Part shown: positions 25,657 to 38,736 of the stretch, one piece after another
Layout of the letters: every line of letters starts with the position of its first letter
Position numbering within the stretch: the stretch's first letter is position 1
Position numbers and translations under genes: made by a program
Assembly (NCBI GenBank): GCA_951406725.2
Contig: OX597822.1
Coordinates: 99,758,001-99,822,000 of the forward strand
DNA: 64,000 bases
Source of the DNA: Octopus vulgaris
Lineage: Eukaryota
Reading direction: 5' to 3'
Notes under the pieces: generated by a model
Database searches by the model: none
What the model saw: the letters and a program-made list of their open reading frames with translations, nothing else
What the model was told of the DNA's origin: nothing

Positions 25657-26782
25657 TTAAATTGAGTCAACTTTTGCCAGGCAGGAAAATTATTGTATCA
25701 GTGATGATGATGATGATGATGATGATGATGAGCATCATCTCATCATTGATAAATGTGAAAACAGAAATAACCAATAGCTTTAATATGATTATATGTGCTG
25801 GTAATAACCAACTTAAGTATAATCAAAATGATATTGAAATATAACTATATAATACTCTGACCTGTCCTCATGGGAATGTTTATTAAACAAGAGATCAAGA
25901 AATATAAGATAAAAATACAGGCTTTGTTAATCTTCTAAAAATATTTTGAGGAATACAAAATGTAAACATGATATTATTTATCACAGACTTAAAATATTGC
26001 CAATCAACAAAGCAGATCCCAAAGAAATGGAGTTAACCAATACTAACAGAAGAAGAATAGTTATGTAGGTGAAAGAACATTTCAAGATTAAGTTTTCTAA
26101 AATATAAGGAGGATTCTTCTAGAGTTTTTAGCTATATAAATGTAAACATGGTTGTGTGAGTAAGGAGTTTGCCTCTCAACCACAAGGTCTTGGGTTCAGT
26201 TCCACTGCATGGCAATTTAGCTGAAGTGTCTTGTACTTTTGCCTGGGGTCAACCAAAATCTTATGAGTGGATCTGGTAAGCAGAAACTGAAAGTAACCCA
26301 TTGTGTATTGTGTGTGTGTGTGTGTGTGCACATGCATGTGCGCGTATGTGAGTACGCATGTACAGCTTTGTCTTGCCATTGTACAAAAGTTGGAAACAAG
26401 TGTCACCATCATACAAGTGGTGTTGTTCCATTTCCAGCCATCCATGGAAACATGTCCGAGCATGAGGAAAAAAAAATACCTTTCTTGGATACAGGGGAGC
26501 GTCAGTCACAAGAAGGGCATTTGGTTGTAGAAAATCTGCCTCAGCGAATTCCATCTAACTCATGCAAGTATAGAAGAGTGGATATGATGATGATGATGAT
26601 GATGATGATATTGAAGAACAACATAAATACTGCCACTAACCTGTAAAGTAATCTTGGGTACAGCTACACTGACCTATGAAGCCAATTTTTATATACCCAA
26701 ACGAGATGTTTAACCAGCTCTTATACATCAGATCTAAACAGTGGAACTGTCTTTTATACACCCACTATTAACAATGAAGGCA

Positions 26783-27181
26783 TCTTTATATATAAAAGAG
26801 GAGTTGTGTGTCTGTCCCCTACGATTTAGATTCCCAACTACTCCCACATTTTGCGGTGCAGTTTAACCAAAACCGGGTATCTTATAGTCGTGATTCATAT
26901 CGAGCCCTTCTGGGTATTAGCGCGTGTCTACGATGAGTCTACGATTTAAAAAAAAAATTACCATTATTTTTCCCATTTTAATGCATTTTTTCGCTATTAT
27001 ATAAGGGAAGTAACTCTTCTAAAAATGTCTACGATGAGTCAACGATTTAAAAAATAATTTACCATAATTTTTTTTTCCATTTTTAATGCATTTTTTTGAT
27101 ATTTTTTGGCTATAACTCTCTAAAAATGCTTATATAGTTATTTCCCTTACAAACCCGAGCAACGCCGGGCGATACTGTTAG
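26783..27181 (+). mobile_element. Non-autonomous Helitron
   Basis: A|TCTTTATATATAAAAG, hairpin CCCGAGCAACGCCGGG (27154-27169), TTAG|T end; last ~90 bp shared with 14317-14698; internal ~70-bp duplication. Confidence 0.85.
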
Positions 27182-28999
27182 TATCTTATATATTTGCTTT
27201 ATATTGTGAAATATTGTGTCATTTATTAAAAATTTACCAAAATTTATATATTATTATTATTATTATTGGTTCAAGAAATACCTAGATATTTCTTCAACCA
27301 ATAATATCTCTAAAACTGAATTACAAAAGCAGAAGAAAAAAAATGGTTGTGAAATAAAAATTATCATGTCTTAGAAATTGTCTCTAATAGCAAAGTAGCA
27401 AGAGAGAGAAACCAAAAAGGTAGTTATCTTAAATGTCTTTTTAAATCTCTTTGAAAAGCTTCAATGAAACAAAATATTACAGCTAGAGCTGTTTCACATT
27501 TGTATGCACATTATAAATATGTGTACAGACCAGTATTTTAATCTGAAGCTGTTTCAAGAATGTATATTAATTAAATTCTAGACTGGCTAGCTTTTTCGTA
27601 AATCAGGAAATGTTTTGTTTACTGTTCCAGAAATGCGTTTTTCAGTTTAGATTAGAATGCTCAGAGTTAGTACAGAGGACATCAAATCAGGTTGAATTAC
27701 TATGTCTGGCAACACAGCAGTGTTCTGAGTAAAACCTGGTGCTTTTAATACACAATTATCTTTGAGATGCTTCTCTGAGACAAATTAGTGCCATTCCATG
27801 TGTATATATAAATGTGTATACAGACTAGTATTACTGTTTGTGCATATTTATATATTAAAAGGACAGCTAACATCTGAGTTGACAGCTAAATAAAGGATAT
27901 TTAGCAATAAAAGCCTTTTGCTCCTGTAAAATGTTCTAAATTTCAAAAATCCATTCAAACCATATTAATGTGGAACTAAATTCATTTAATATTAAAAGGA
28001 AAACACATTATTCAAAAACTATGTACTTAAAGCTATGGAGTCATGTTCTTATCAGCAACTTCTGACATATTACCAGAATACTCAACAATTTTCATTAAAT
28101 GTGAATTCAATTATTTCTCTCATGGTCTTGTTTCTCTCATAACCTGAACTTCATAAATTTAGAAATACCCAGTTAATTTGTGTTTTATTTTTATCACATA
28201 TGTGACAAAGTCGGATAAAAATGAAAGCTCAAACAAGTCTTCCACTTCTCTATTATAAGATTACGTTTTATTTAATTATTTATTGCTTTATGTTATAATT
28301 ATGTTGAGCTTAAACATGTTAATTAGAAACAGCAAGGTAAAATAAAAATTAAAATGTCAATAAAAATGACATAACTTTATTAGCAAATCATTTGCTAACA
28401 AATAAAAAGAAGGTTAAAAAAGTTTTTAAATGTTTAACAGCATTGAGGAAGAAATAATGATGTAATCTGCCAATGTTAGAAGAATGAAATACAGGAAACG
28501 AACTTAGATTTTCATTAAAATTCATTAATAATTCGTCTTGGATTTGACATCTTGCTTATGACAGCATGAAACCAAGAACTGTTGTATCCCACATAAAAGA
28601 AAAAGACTCTATGAACCTTGAAAACAGGAATAATGAGAAAAAAGAAGTGGTTTATTTCATGTAACAGGAAGGAATATAGAAAGAAAGTTATGTATAAACA
28701 TAAAGATATTACTAAAGATCCTGCGTTTAAAGATTATCATTTAACTGGAAACAGAATCAAAATTCAGTGATGCTTTTCTAGCTTAGCTCCACAAGTAATA
28801 CGTAAAATCCATCTTCAGTTATGTCAACCATCTTTAATATATATTCTTCCCCATTTTTTTTAACCAATAATAATGAACTAAAAAAAAAAGATAGTAATAA
28901 AATAATGTAAATTATTATTCTCCATAGCATAACAATTCCCCTGTCTATATAATTTCTTGTCTATATAAGTCAAAAACAATTCTTTATAAAAAAAAAAAA

Positions 29000-29412
29000 A
29001 AGTTTCAAATTTTTGCACAAAGCAAGCAATTTTAAGGGTGGTAATTAGTAAGTTATGTCAACCCCAAAATGATGGAAGGCAAAGCTGACCTTGTGTGGTA
29101 TTTGAACTCAGGATATAAGGAGCTGGAAGAACTGCTGCTAAGCATTTTGTCCAATGCACTAACAATACTATCAATTCACCACTTTTGTAATAATAATAAA
29201 ATAATCCTTTCTACTTCAGGACTGGAATTTTGGAAGAGGGATATAGTTGATCGCATCAACCCCAATACTCAACTGTTACTTATTCCATTGGCCCCAAAAG
29301 TATAAAAGGCAAAGCCAATCTTGGCAGAATTTGAACCCAGAATGTAAAGAGGGATGAAATGCTATAAAACATTTTATCTGGCTCAGTAACAATTCTGCCA
29401 GCTTGCCGCCTT
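29000..29412 (-). mobile_element. Two diverged tandem SINE-C copies
   Basis: AAGGCAAAG..ATTTGAAC(T/C)CAG occurs twice; second copy ends CTGCCAGCTTGCCGCCTT. Confidence 0.65.
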
Positions 29413-30334
29413 AAAATAATAAAAGTTATTATCCTCCATAGTATGATAACTCCCAAACCTCTCCTGCTTGCTGATCATTCGTCCACATAATCAATCTAAA
29501 TTAATGAAAGTGAATGACAGCTTAGACATATAAAGACCATTGTTCATTGTTGCAGTTTAATTAATCTCATATAACCATTTGATACTGTATGATCAGTAAG
29601 CAATCATCAGATATTCAGACATAACATTCTAGAATATTACATGAGTCTAAAATCTCTAAGTTTCACATCAAATCTAGACAATCTACCAACCCACCTGAGA
29701 CCGTCCCAAATTCCGTGTTTATATTCATATTCTTAGTTAAACCACAGTGAAGTTTTGTAATATTTAAATTATTTCAGTTCTTCTGATTTATACGGTACTG
29801 TACATAAATTGGTATTGATTAATTAATAGTGAGCCAGCAAAACCACAAATTAGATTATCTGCCACAGTGGATCGTCTAATTCATGACTACTTTATATAAA
29901 CTACTGATTTATTTTGTTGGTTGAAGAAAGCGGCTGCTTATATCTTTGTTTTCTTTTGGGAACAGCCAACAGACCATGGGAGCCAACAGTCAATTTGGAG
30001 ACTCCCTCCCACTTTTTTCTGCACATCAGTAGTATAGGAATAATGTACTTACATTCTTATTTAACTCACAGTGAGGCCTTGTAATGCTTAGATTAAAGTT
30101 TAAGGCTTTTATCATATTCTGAAAGAATTTTTTTTTACTACATTCCAAAAAATGAGGATGTTATAGTTATTTGAGCTAAATCTCTCCAAACTGTGTATTT
30201 CAGTCAAACTGTCCAACCCATGCCAGCATCGAAACCGGATGTTAAAGGATGATGATGCAAAAAGGTTAAACCTCAAAATATTACACCAGTCAACCCAAAC
30301 TCAGTGCTCAGTTACCTCTCAATTACAATATAGT

Positions 30335-30745
30335 AGGCGTAGGAGTAGCTGTGTGGTAAGTAGCTTGCTTACCAACCACATGGTTCCAGGTTCAGTCTCA
30401 CTGCGTGGCACTTTGGGCAAGTGTCTTCTACGATAGCCTTGGGCCGACCAAAGCCTTGTGAGTGGATTTGGTAGACAGAAACTGAAAGAAGCCTGTTGTA
30501 TGTATGTGTGTGTATATATATATATGTGTATGTGTATGTTTATGTTTGTCCCTCCAACATCGCTTGACAACCGATGCTGGTGTGTTTACGTACCCGTAAC
30601 TTAGCGGTTCGGCAAAAGAGAATGATAGAATAAATACTAGGCTTACAAAGAATAAGTCCTGGGGTTGATTTGCTCGACTAAAGGCGGTGCTCCAGCATGG
30701 CCACAGTCAAAATGACTGAAAGAAGTAAAAGAGTAAAAAGAGAGT
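30335..30745 (+). mobile_element. SINE-A, full length
   Basis: Same family blocks as above. Confidence 0.92.
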
Positions 30746-32646
30746 AAACAGCAAAAGCTGAGGTGTTGATATTCTCAGAAACTAACCAAGTTTACCTTGT
30801 CCATTTCTATTGTGACCATTTATAAACAAAACAGACAGTAAGGTTAATGCAACATACCCAAACTTCTACAGTTTGGTATATCGGAACTACGATCTAATCA
30901 GATAGGTTTATACTCGTACCAACAATATCTGACATTTAAAGGAACAGAGTATCACAACTCTACATAAAATAAATCTATGTGTGTGAATTCAATTATTTTG
31001 TTTTAGCTTTATTTCTCTCATGACCTGTGTAGCATGGTTCCTAATTAAGATCGAAGCATGACATATTATTGGTTTTAAGTACAGGAATCGGTCATGGCAA
31101 AATAGAACAAGACAAAGCTGTTCTGTAATCTCTACACTCAAGACAGGCATGCAGACATTTTGCAATATATTTACCTTTGTAGTCTGACAGTTAAAGGATA
31201 TCTTACAGAAAATATTTAAATTTATATTCTAAACTTGATACAACGAAAGATTTAATGCTCACCACGTTCATACTACATAAAAGAACAGATATCGTTAACA
31301 TGATCCAAATAATCATTTTTGTCAGTTACACATGGTGAAATCCAAGAAGAATTACAGATGTCTACAGCTATTAAAGGGATTAATAAATGGCAGTATCTTC
31401 TGCCTCACAAATAATTATCTATGACAATATTCATTGCTCGACCCTTCGTGCACTTCATTACTTTTTTTCATTGATAACCAAAGAACATACCAACATATAT
31501 CATACCAACATATATTTTTCTGAAACAATCCTTTTCTTTGTTTTTATAACAAATTACTCTTACAACCTCCTTCCACCCACACTCCTTCCTCTCCTGTCCC
31601 CATACACTTCTTACTCACTTTATACTTTGAGCCCCCCACCGCTACTACCACCACCGACACCTCTTCATCATTATTTTATCCTTTTCCATCTTCATCTTAT
31701 TCACTTCCACCCTCTCTTCTATAATAAGGGTTGCTATATAGCTCCTCTACAAAAAAAACCCAAAAAAAACCCTGTTCTTTTCTCTCACACTCTAAACTTG
31801 TTCTCTATTGCAGCCCTCACTTGGATAAAGGGTATTGTAGTCTCACAAGCCACATGTGCCACAAAAGATACAAAACACACACACGCACACAAACACACAC
31901 TTCGTACATGCTGTAAATTGGTTGGTGTTAGGAAAGGCCTCCAGCTGAGGATACCATGCCAAAGCAGACACTGGAGCATGATGTAGTCCTTGGACCCCTA
32001 AGATCTTATCAAACCATCTTATCTATGCCAACATGGAACATGAATGTTAGTTGATGATGATGGTGATGATGATGCAGTGGTGGAAGCAGAGGAGGAGGAG
32101 GAGGACAGTGATAACGATGATAATGGTTATGACAAATACAACGATGTTAGCGATGTAAATGATGATGATGATGACATTTTTTTTTAGGTTATTGACTTAT
32201 CTTTTACTTTCTAGAAGACTTTAAGTATAGGAGTTCCAAAAAATAAAACAAGAATGGAGATAAATAGAAATTCACATGAAAGTAACATAAAATAAGAAGA
32301 AAAAAAATCGACCAACTGTGTTACTTAGGGCTGAAAAAAGTATCTGAGAGGCAAGAATGACAATGTTGAAGGATCTCGCCTTCTCTCACCTGCAGAGAAT
32401 TATAATAGATTCACCATTGCTGGCATCAGTATTTGAACAGACTGAAGATTCTCAGCAATTATTGAAGACAAAAAAAGCATGTAGAGAAACACCAAGCTTT
32501 AGCAATGTGAATTAATTTACAAAAATGAAAAAATATTTGATGATAATTCTATGAGAGTTGTACTGAAAGTAATTCAAAAGTGGGCATATCTTGTTTTGTG
32601 AGTTGAGATAAGTTGCTCAAATCATACATGTTAGTTGAGTAATTCT

Positions 32647-32958
32647 TCATCATCATCCTCATCGTTTAACGTCCGCTTTCCATGCTAGCATGAGTTGGAC
32701 AGTTCAATCAGGGTCTGGGAAGCCAGGAGGCTGCACCAGGCTCCAGTCTGATCTGGCAGTGTTTCTACAGTTGGATGCCCTTCCTAACGCCAACCACTTT
32801 GTGAGTGTAGTGGGTGCTTTTTACATGCCACCGGCACGGGTGCCAGGCAAGGCTGGCAACGACCACGATTGGTTGGTGCTTTTTACGTGCCACCGGCATG
32901 GAGGCCAGTCGGGGCGGCGCTAGCAACGGCCATGTTCAGATGGTTCTTTTACGTGCCA
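32647..32958 (-). mobile_element. RTE-LINE 3' tail copy
   Basis: Same tail blocks. Confidence 0.87.
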
Positions 32959-33070
32959 AAATCTCCCTATTGTTCTTCATTGCAAGCAAATAATGGGTTG
33001 CCAGAAGTATGGTATAGTTTTTATGGCTGGATGCCCATCCAGGCACTGAGCCCTTTATAGAGAGCACTGA

Positions 33071-34386
33071 GTGTTTCTTTCATGGTACATCGAACATCGA
33101 ACAAGGCAATTGAACATCCACAAAAAGCTAAAGGTCGTTTATGAAGATGACACCAGGGTCAAGAGTAATGTGCACAGATGGATGAAGAGGTTTAACCCTT
33201 TAACATTCAAACTGGCCATATCTTGTTTTATGTTGGAACCAGCCAGATCAGGCCTTTCACACCTATCCTAAAATGTTATTCTAAAAGTAAACAATCAAGT
33301 AATCAAAATCCTGAAGCTGTGAGATAATACGATTACTTCAAAGCGATGTGAATAAATAAGCATTTCCTTTTACTGAGTAATCTGAATGCTAAAGGTTTAA
33401 AGAAGGGAAAACCAGCATCGGAGACAAACCATGAAGTGGGAGACCATCAATGGCAAGCAACCACTGATGCAATTGTCAGTAAGTGAACAAATTGATTTGT
33501 GTGAGTAGATGAGTCATAATCAGCAAGCTTGCAGCACAACAAGACTATGGTCACAATGCATTTCAGAAGATGATGGAAGGATTAGGATATTGGAAAGTGT
33601 GCACAAAGGGGCTACTTTGGGAGTTGATACCCTATTTGAGGGAGAGAAGGGAAGCTGCTCTGATCTGCTGGAAGCAATTGAAGCTAATGAGCACCCATTT
33701 TTTCTTTTCTTTTTTTTGTCTTTTAATCTCACAACAGGATACGAAATGTGGAGTATCTGTATGATTCAGAGAGGAAGGTTCTGTCCAAAGAATGGTATCA
33801 TGCCTCTTCACCAAGATTTAAGGAGCTCAAGATCCAAAACAGCAAGTCATGGTAACTGTTTTGGGGACGACAAGGTCATTGTTCTTGATTTTCAGGAATA
33901 TAGCTGTACAGAAAACAGCAATATAACAGCAATGTGTAGTGAGACACTCAAAAAAAGCTTAGAGAAGTCATTAGGAGGAAGAGAGCAAATGAGTATCTGA
34001 AAAAGGATCCACAATTACTATGACTATGAATGATCACATATTTTTGGCAACAAATCAGGCACTCAGCAAAGTGAGTTGGTCAAAGGTCCCCAATGGTCCA
34101 ACAAAGAACAGTTTTTCAGGGACAATGATAGGACGATATTTAGATGAGCTGAAAGTGGCTGTGAAGAAGTAATTACAATGCACACTTGAAAATTTTTCAA
34201 AGAGAATTTGAGAATTGCGTTCAATAAAGGTGCAAATGCACAATTTGTGATGGAGACTATGTTGAGTGGTATGTTTGTATAGAAGAGTTACTCTTTCAAC
34301 GTGTGGAATTTAACTGACATGCAACAGTAAGCAACAGTAAGTAAAAGTTGTACCCACTTTTTCATTAATTTTGGTTATGCCTCATA
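33071..34386 (+). pseudogene. Decayed mariner transposase / element
   Basis: IHKKLKVVYEDDTRVKSNVHRWMKRF + KEGKTSIGDKP*SGRPS (N-terminal HTH region), TGYEMW (TGDETW motif), C-terminal KCTICDGDYVE; many stops and frameshifts. Confidence 0.85.
33196..33396. mobile_element. TTAA MITE inserted in the mariner
   Basis: TTAA TSD at 33192-33195 and 33397-33400; TIRs CCCTTTAACATTCA / TGAATGCTAAAGGT. Confidence 0.85.
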
Positions 34387-35794
34387 TATGAGGGGGCTTA
34401 CTAGTTTAAATGACAAATGAAGGATTTTATAAATTTCCTGGGAGAGTGGTCTTGTCTCATCCTCTTAGTTGTATATTGGTTACGAGTTGAAAGAAGGTAA
34501 TTTCTTTAGTGAAGAAGAGAAATACATATGAAGTTGTAACAGTTGTACAGATAAAAATAAGTCATAATATGTATTTTAGAATCGGAACACATAAAATAGT
34601 AATTGATGGAATAAATTCTTCAATAAATTCTTTAATCCAAAACATTTTCTTTATAGTGATTAGAAATTTTATGGAAAATTGCAAAGAAATTAGAGTAAGT
34701 GAGAGAGAAAGTTAGTACTGTCAAGATTTAATTTTTTTTTTTTTCTGTTTTTTTTTTTTTTTATTTGCTTTTGAAAATAGCTAATTCAATTTTAGATGAC
34801 TGATCATATTAATCAAATCACTTGTAATTCTTTTTTATTAGTAGAACCATCCCAATAAGATTTCTGATTAGATGAAGCCTTAGAATTATTCTCTAACATA
34901 TTTCTCTCTATGTATGTTAATTCTAATACCAATTTGTTACTGTTATTGATTAATGGCCATAATATCATTAATACACTAGTTTTGTGTTCTTTATACTTTG
35001 TGGGTTTTTTTTTTTTTTTTTTGAAAGGAAAGTAAAACATCGCATTAATGACACATAAAATATCATATTAATGAACATAAAAGTTAGATCTCTGAAACTA
35101 CAAAGACATTCGTCACTATTTCTGAGCGTAAACAGCTTTTGAATGATGACTAGACGCAAGGCCTACATACATTGCAGAATAATTCTACTGTAGAACAGAT
35201 GTTGATACCATCCTTATCTAACCAAATCTCATCAGTTTCAATAAATTAATTGATGGAAAAGCATTTAAAACTTGTACAACAGCATTATCATCAACTCTCA
35301 GTTTTAATATCTTAAGGTTTCAAACTGTTGGAAATATACCCATCTACCCTTACACACCTACCTTCGTTTAAACATATTTATTACATTACATCTAAAACCA
35401 ACATACAGTGTGCATCAAAAAAACCTCCCATATTTTATAAGGCCACTAGCATCAGGAAGGTTATCCAACTACAGAAACCTTTGCAAAACAGACAACTGGG
35501 CCTGGTGCAGGTCTCCAGCTTGCCAGATCCTGTCAAACTGTTCAATCCATGCCAGCATAGAAAACTGACTTTAAATGATGATGATGATGATGATGGTGAT
35601 GATGACAATGATTATTGGCACAGCACTAGTGAGGTTAGGGAGCTGGTAGTACTCTTCATGTAGCTGATGGTTTACTTTTTTTTTTCCAGTTACTAACAAG
35701 GCTTGGACCAGTGCACACTATGCATTTCCTGTTCAAAGAAAAATATACATTATTTACAATTGACGGATATTTGTCCTCATCTTGTTTATTGTTA

Positions 35795-35838
35795 ACACAA
35801 TGTTTCGGCTGATATACCCTCCAGCCTTCATCAGGTGT
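35795..35838 (-). ncRNA. Minimal hammerhead motif (family 4)
   Basis: ACAC-CTGATGA-A-GGCTG-GAGGGTATAT-CAGCC-GAAA-CA-TT-GTGT; consensus with the other copy is GAAACGTT. Confidence 0.75.
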
Positions 35839-36023
35839 CTTGGGGAAATTTCGAACCTGGGTTCTCATTCCTAAGGTATTTTTCAATGTTGTTGTTATTG
35901 TTATTATTATTATTATTTGTTCTTCAGGTCCCTGCCTGGAATCGAACTCGGAACCTTGGGGTTAGTAGCCCGCACTCTTAACCATTATGCCATATGAGAA
36001 CCCAGGTTTGAAATTTCCCCAAG

Positions 36024-36067
36024 ACACCTGATGAAGGCTGGAGGGTATATCAGCCGAAATGTTGAGT
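36024..36067 (+). ncRNA. Minimal hammerhead motif (family 4), inverted copy
   Basis: ACAC-CTGATGA-A-GGCTG-GAGGGTATAT-CAGCC-GAAA-TG-TT-GAGT. Confidence 0.7.
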
Positions 36068-36163
36068 TAACAACAGACAAAATGAGGACAAATAATGTAC
36101 ATAATCCCTCAGCTCTTAATTATAGAACTGAAGGAAAAATATATACATATAAAGAATCTATGA

Positions 36164-36775
36164 TTGCAAGCTTCTCCAATATGCTTTGAGCTTATTCAAA
36201 ATTATGCTGTTCCACGGACTGAGAATCCCTATGTTACAGATTCAGCTCTTAAAAGAAAACCATCTGGAAGATTTCAGAGTGTTCAAACTCCAGAAATACC
36301 CAACCCAAGCTGCAAAACAGCTACAAAACATGTTTCTGCTTTGTCTGGTTCTCCAGGAGAATTTTATGCACTGGTCTCAAAATTTCATCTGTAGAAAATG
36401 ATGGTTATTCAGGAACATGACCAGAAAAACTGTATGGCATGCCATGAGCACATACTTCATAATGCTCGATATTTTCACAAGCAATGAAGCCCACTTCAAT
36501 CTGTCAATGAAGCCAACTGCAACTACATCAATAAACAGAATTTCTGCTACTGGGAGGTAAATAACCCTAAATAGCTCTTCACAGTGAAATCGTTATTGCA
36601 TGGTGCATTTTTGCAAATTTTGGTGATTTTGGCCTTCACTCTTTTAAGGAAGAGGGGCAGCAGTTACAGTAACATTCAATCAGTATGTGGAGATGCTATG
36701 GAACTTTCTGGAACCAAAACTCACAGACCTTAGAAATTCATTCAGATGCATAGTTTCAGCAGTAAGAGACCACCT
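36164..36775 (+). pseudogene. Decayed Tc1/mariner-superfamily transposase (DUF4817-type)
   Basis: Fragments SALKRKPSGRFQSVQTPE, RRILCTGLKFHL*KMMVIQE, IFTSNEAHFNL, INKQNFCYWEVNNP, VTVTFNQYVEMLWNFLEPKL and FQQ*ETT (WFQQDGA-like). Confidence 0.75.
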
Positions 36776-37457
36776 TTTCATCACCCATATTTACTACCAG
36801 TCACGTTTCCACCCTTGTTCACCATTCATCACAACCCATCATCTCTAACCATCTCTCACACCCTCCACACACTCTTACCACCTCTTCTCCCCCTTCACTC
36901 TCCTTGATCTTCTGTCCCCGGTCTGTCTTCTATTCACCTTTCTGTACCTTCAGAGTATACCCTAACACTTCATGACCACCATCTTTATCTCCTTTTCTAG
37001 CTAACCCCATCCCATCAATGTAACTCTTTGCAGCAAGAAACCTGTCCTTTCTTTCATATTTCAACTGTTCAATGCCTAACATAAAGCCACTTCCCTCTAG
37101 ACTCCTACACGTTGAGGAGGATCTGTACTCTTGTACCGATACACGGTAACACGGCAACCTTACTTGCACAGGTGCCATGGCAGAAACATTCAGTACCCTT
37201 TGTAAAGGGTTTGGTGCTGGGATGGGCATCCAGCCATAGAAACTACACTAAAATAAGCAATGGAGCATGACACAATCCTCTGACTTGATGGATCCTGTCA
37301 AACAGTACAATTGGAGTCACCATGGAAGAGAAACATTAAATGATGGTGATGATGATAATGATGATGGTAAAGATGATGATGATAGGGAGGAAGAGGAGGA
37401 GGGGTGATGATAGTGACAGTGGGGAAAATGTCAATGGTGATGTCAATGGAGATGATG

Positions 37458-37499
<42 letters not shown>

Positions 37500-37687
37500 T
37501 GATGATGATGCTGATGATGACAATGATTGTGGTAGCGATCCATTTCCTTTTTGAATAACTTCAGATCTGAAGGTAAATATTAACAGCAGAGTTAGCAATT
37601 AGACTACATTTATGTTCCCTACTCCCTCACACCTCACAACTTACCTCATTTTAACTCTTTATTTATTTATCTTTTTTTTTATTAATT

Positions 37688-37718
<31 letters not shown>

Positions 37719-38050
37719 TTGCAGAATATTTCCAGTGAGTTTGAAATTACTACAAAGAAATCTAAAAGAATCCTTACTAAATTCATGTTTCTCATCTATG
37801 GTTCTGCTGCTACTTTTTAATCATCATCCCTTCAATTGCTGTTAATTTAAAATTTTCTTCCAATGCTGTGAGACATATGCATTCAATTTATGGAACAAAT
37901 CTTGTTCTCCATTTCCTTTATTTTATTTATTCATTTATTTATTTTACCATTTATCATGTTATTTATTGTGTTACAAGATATTTAGCACACGTTTTAATGC
38001 ACTTTTATAAACTTATCATCTCAAATTATAACAACAAAATTACTTAATAT

Positions 38051-38214
38051 AGGCGCAGCAGTGGCTGTGTGGTAAGTAGCTTGCTAACCAACCACATGGT
38101 TCCGGTTTCAGTCCCACTGTGTGGCATCTTGGGCAAGTGTCTTCTGCTATAGCCCCGGGCCGACCAATGCCTTGTGACTGGATTTGGTAGACGGAAACTG
38201 AAAGAAGCCTGTCG

Positions 38215-38247
<33 letters not shown>

Positions 38248-38452
38248 TTGTGTGTCTGTGTTTGTCCCCCTAGCATTGCTTGACAACCGATGCTGGTGTG
38301 TTTATGTCCCCATCACTTAGCGGTTCGGCAAAAGAGGCCGATAGAATAAGTACTGGGCTTACAAAGAATAAGTCCCGGGGTCGATTTGCTCGACTAAAGG
38401 CGGTGCTCCAGCATGGCCGCAGTCAATGACTGAAACAAAAAAAAAAAAAAAA
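38051..38452 (+). mobile_element. SINE-A with A-rich tail
   Basis: Full head and body; AATATAG on both sides may be a TSD. Confidence 0.92.
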
Positions 38453-38691
38453 TATAGCCAACTGCGTTTACTGGCTCACATTTTGTTTCATATATGAAGG
38501 CATAGCTGTGTAGTTTAGAAGTCTACTTCCCAACCACATGGTTCTGGGTTCAAACCACTGCATGGATATTGAAACTTTACTTGTGGCTTCGACTTCAAAC
38601 ACACAACAACATTCGCTTTCAAGTACTACCAACATGAAGATTTGCCTAATTTAACACCACTCACAATACTTGCAAATATATCTGAAAAATA

Positions 38692-38736
<45 letters not shown>

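Larger units (their letters stand above)
35745..36130 (-). mobile_element. tRNA-headed, hammerhead-bearing non-autonomous element with an inverted second arm (family 4)
   Basis: Minus strand: tRNA-like head 35996-35925 (TGGCATAATGG A box, GAGTTCGATTCC B box), (AAT/AAC)n spacer, then HHR; 101-bp inverted arms at 35768-35868 and 35994-36094. Confidence 0.8.

Noticed and set aside
31387-31986. 199-aa ORF (and the 199-aa ORF at 10232-10831)
   Set aside because: Low-complexity sequence running through microsatellites and repeat fragments, with no domain signal.
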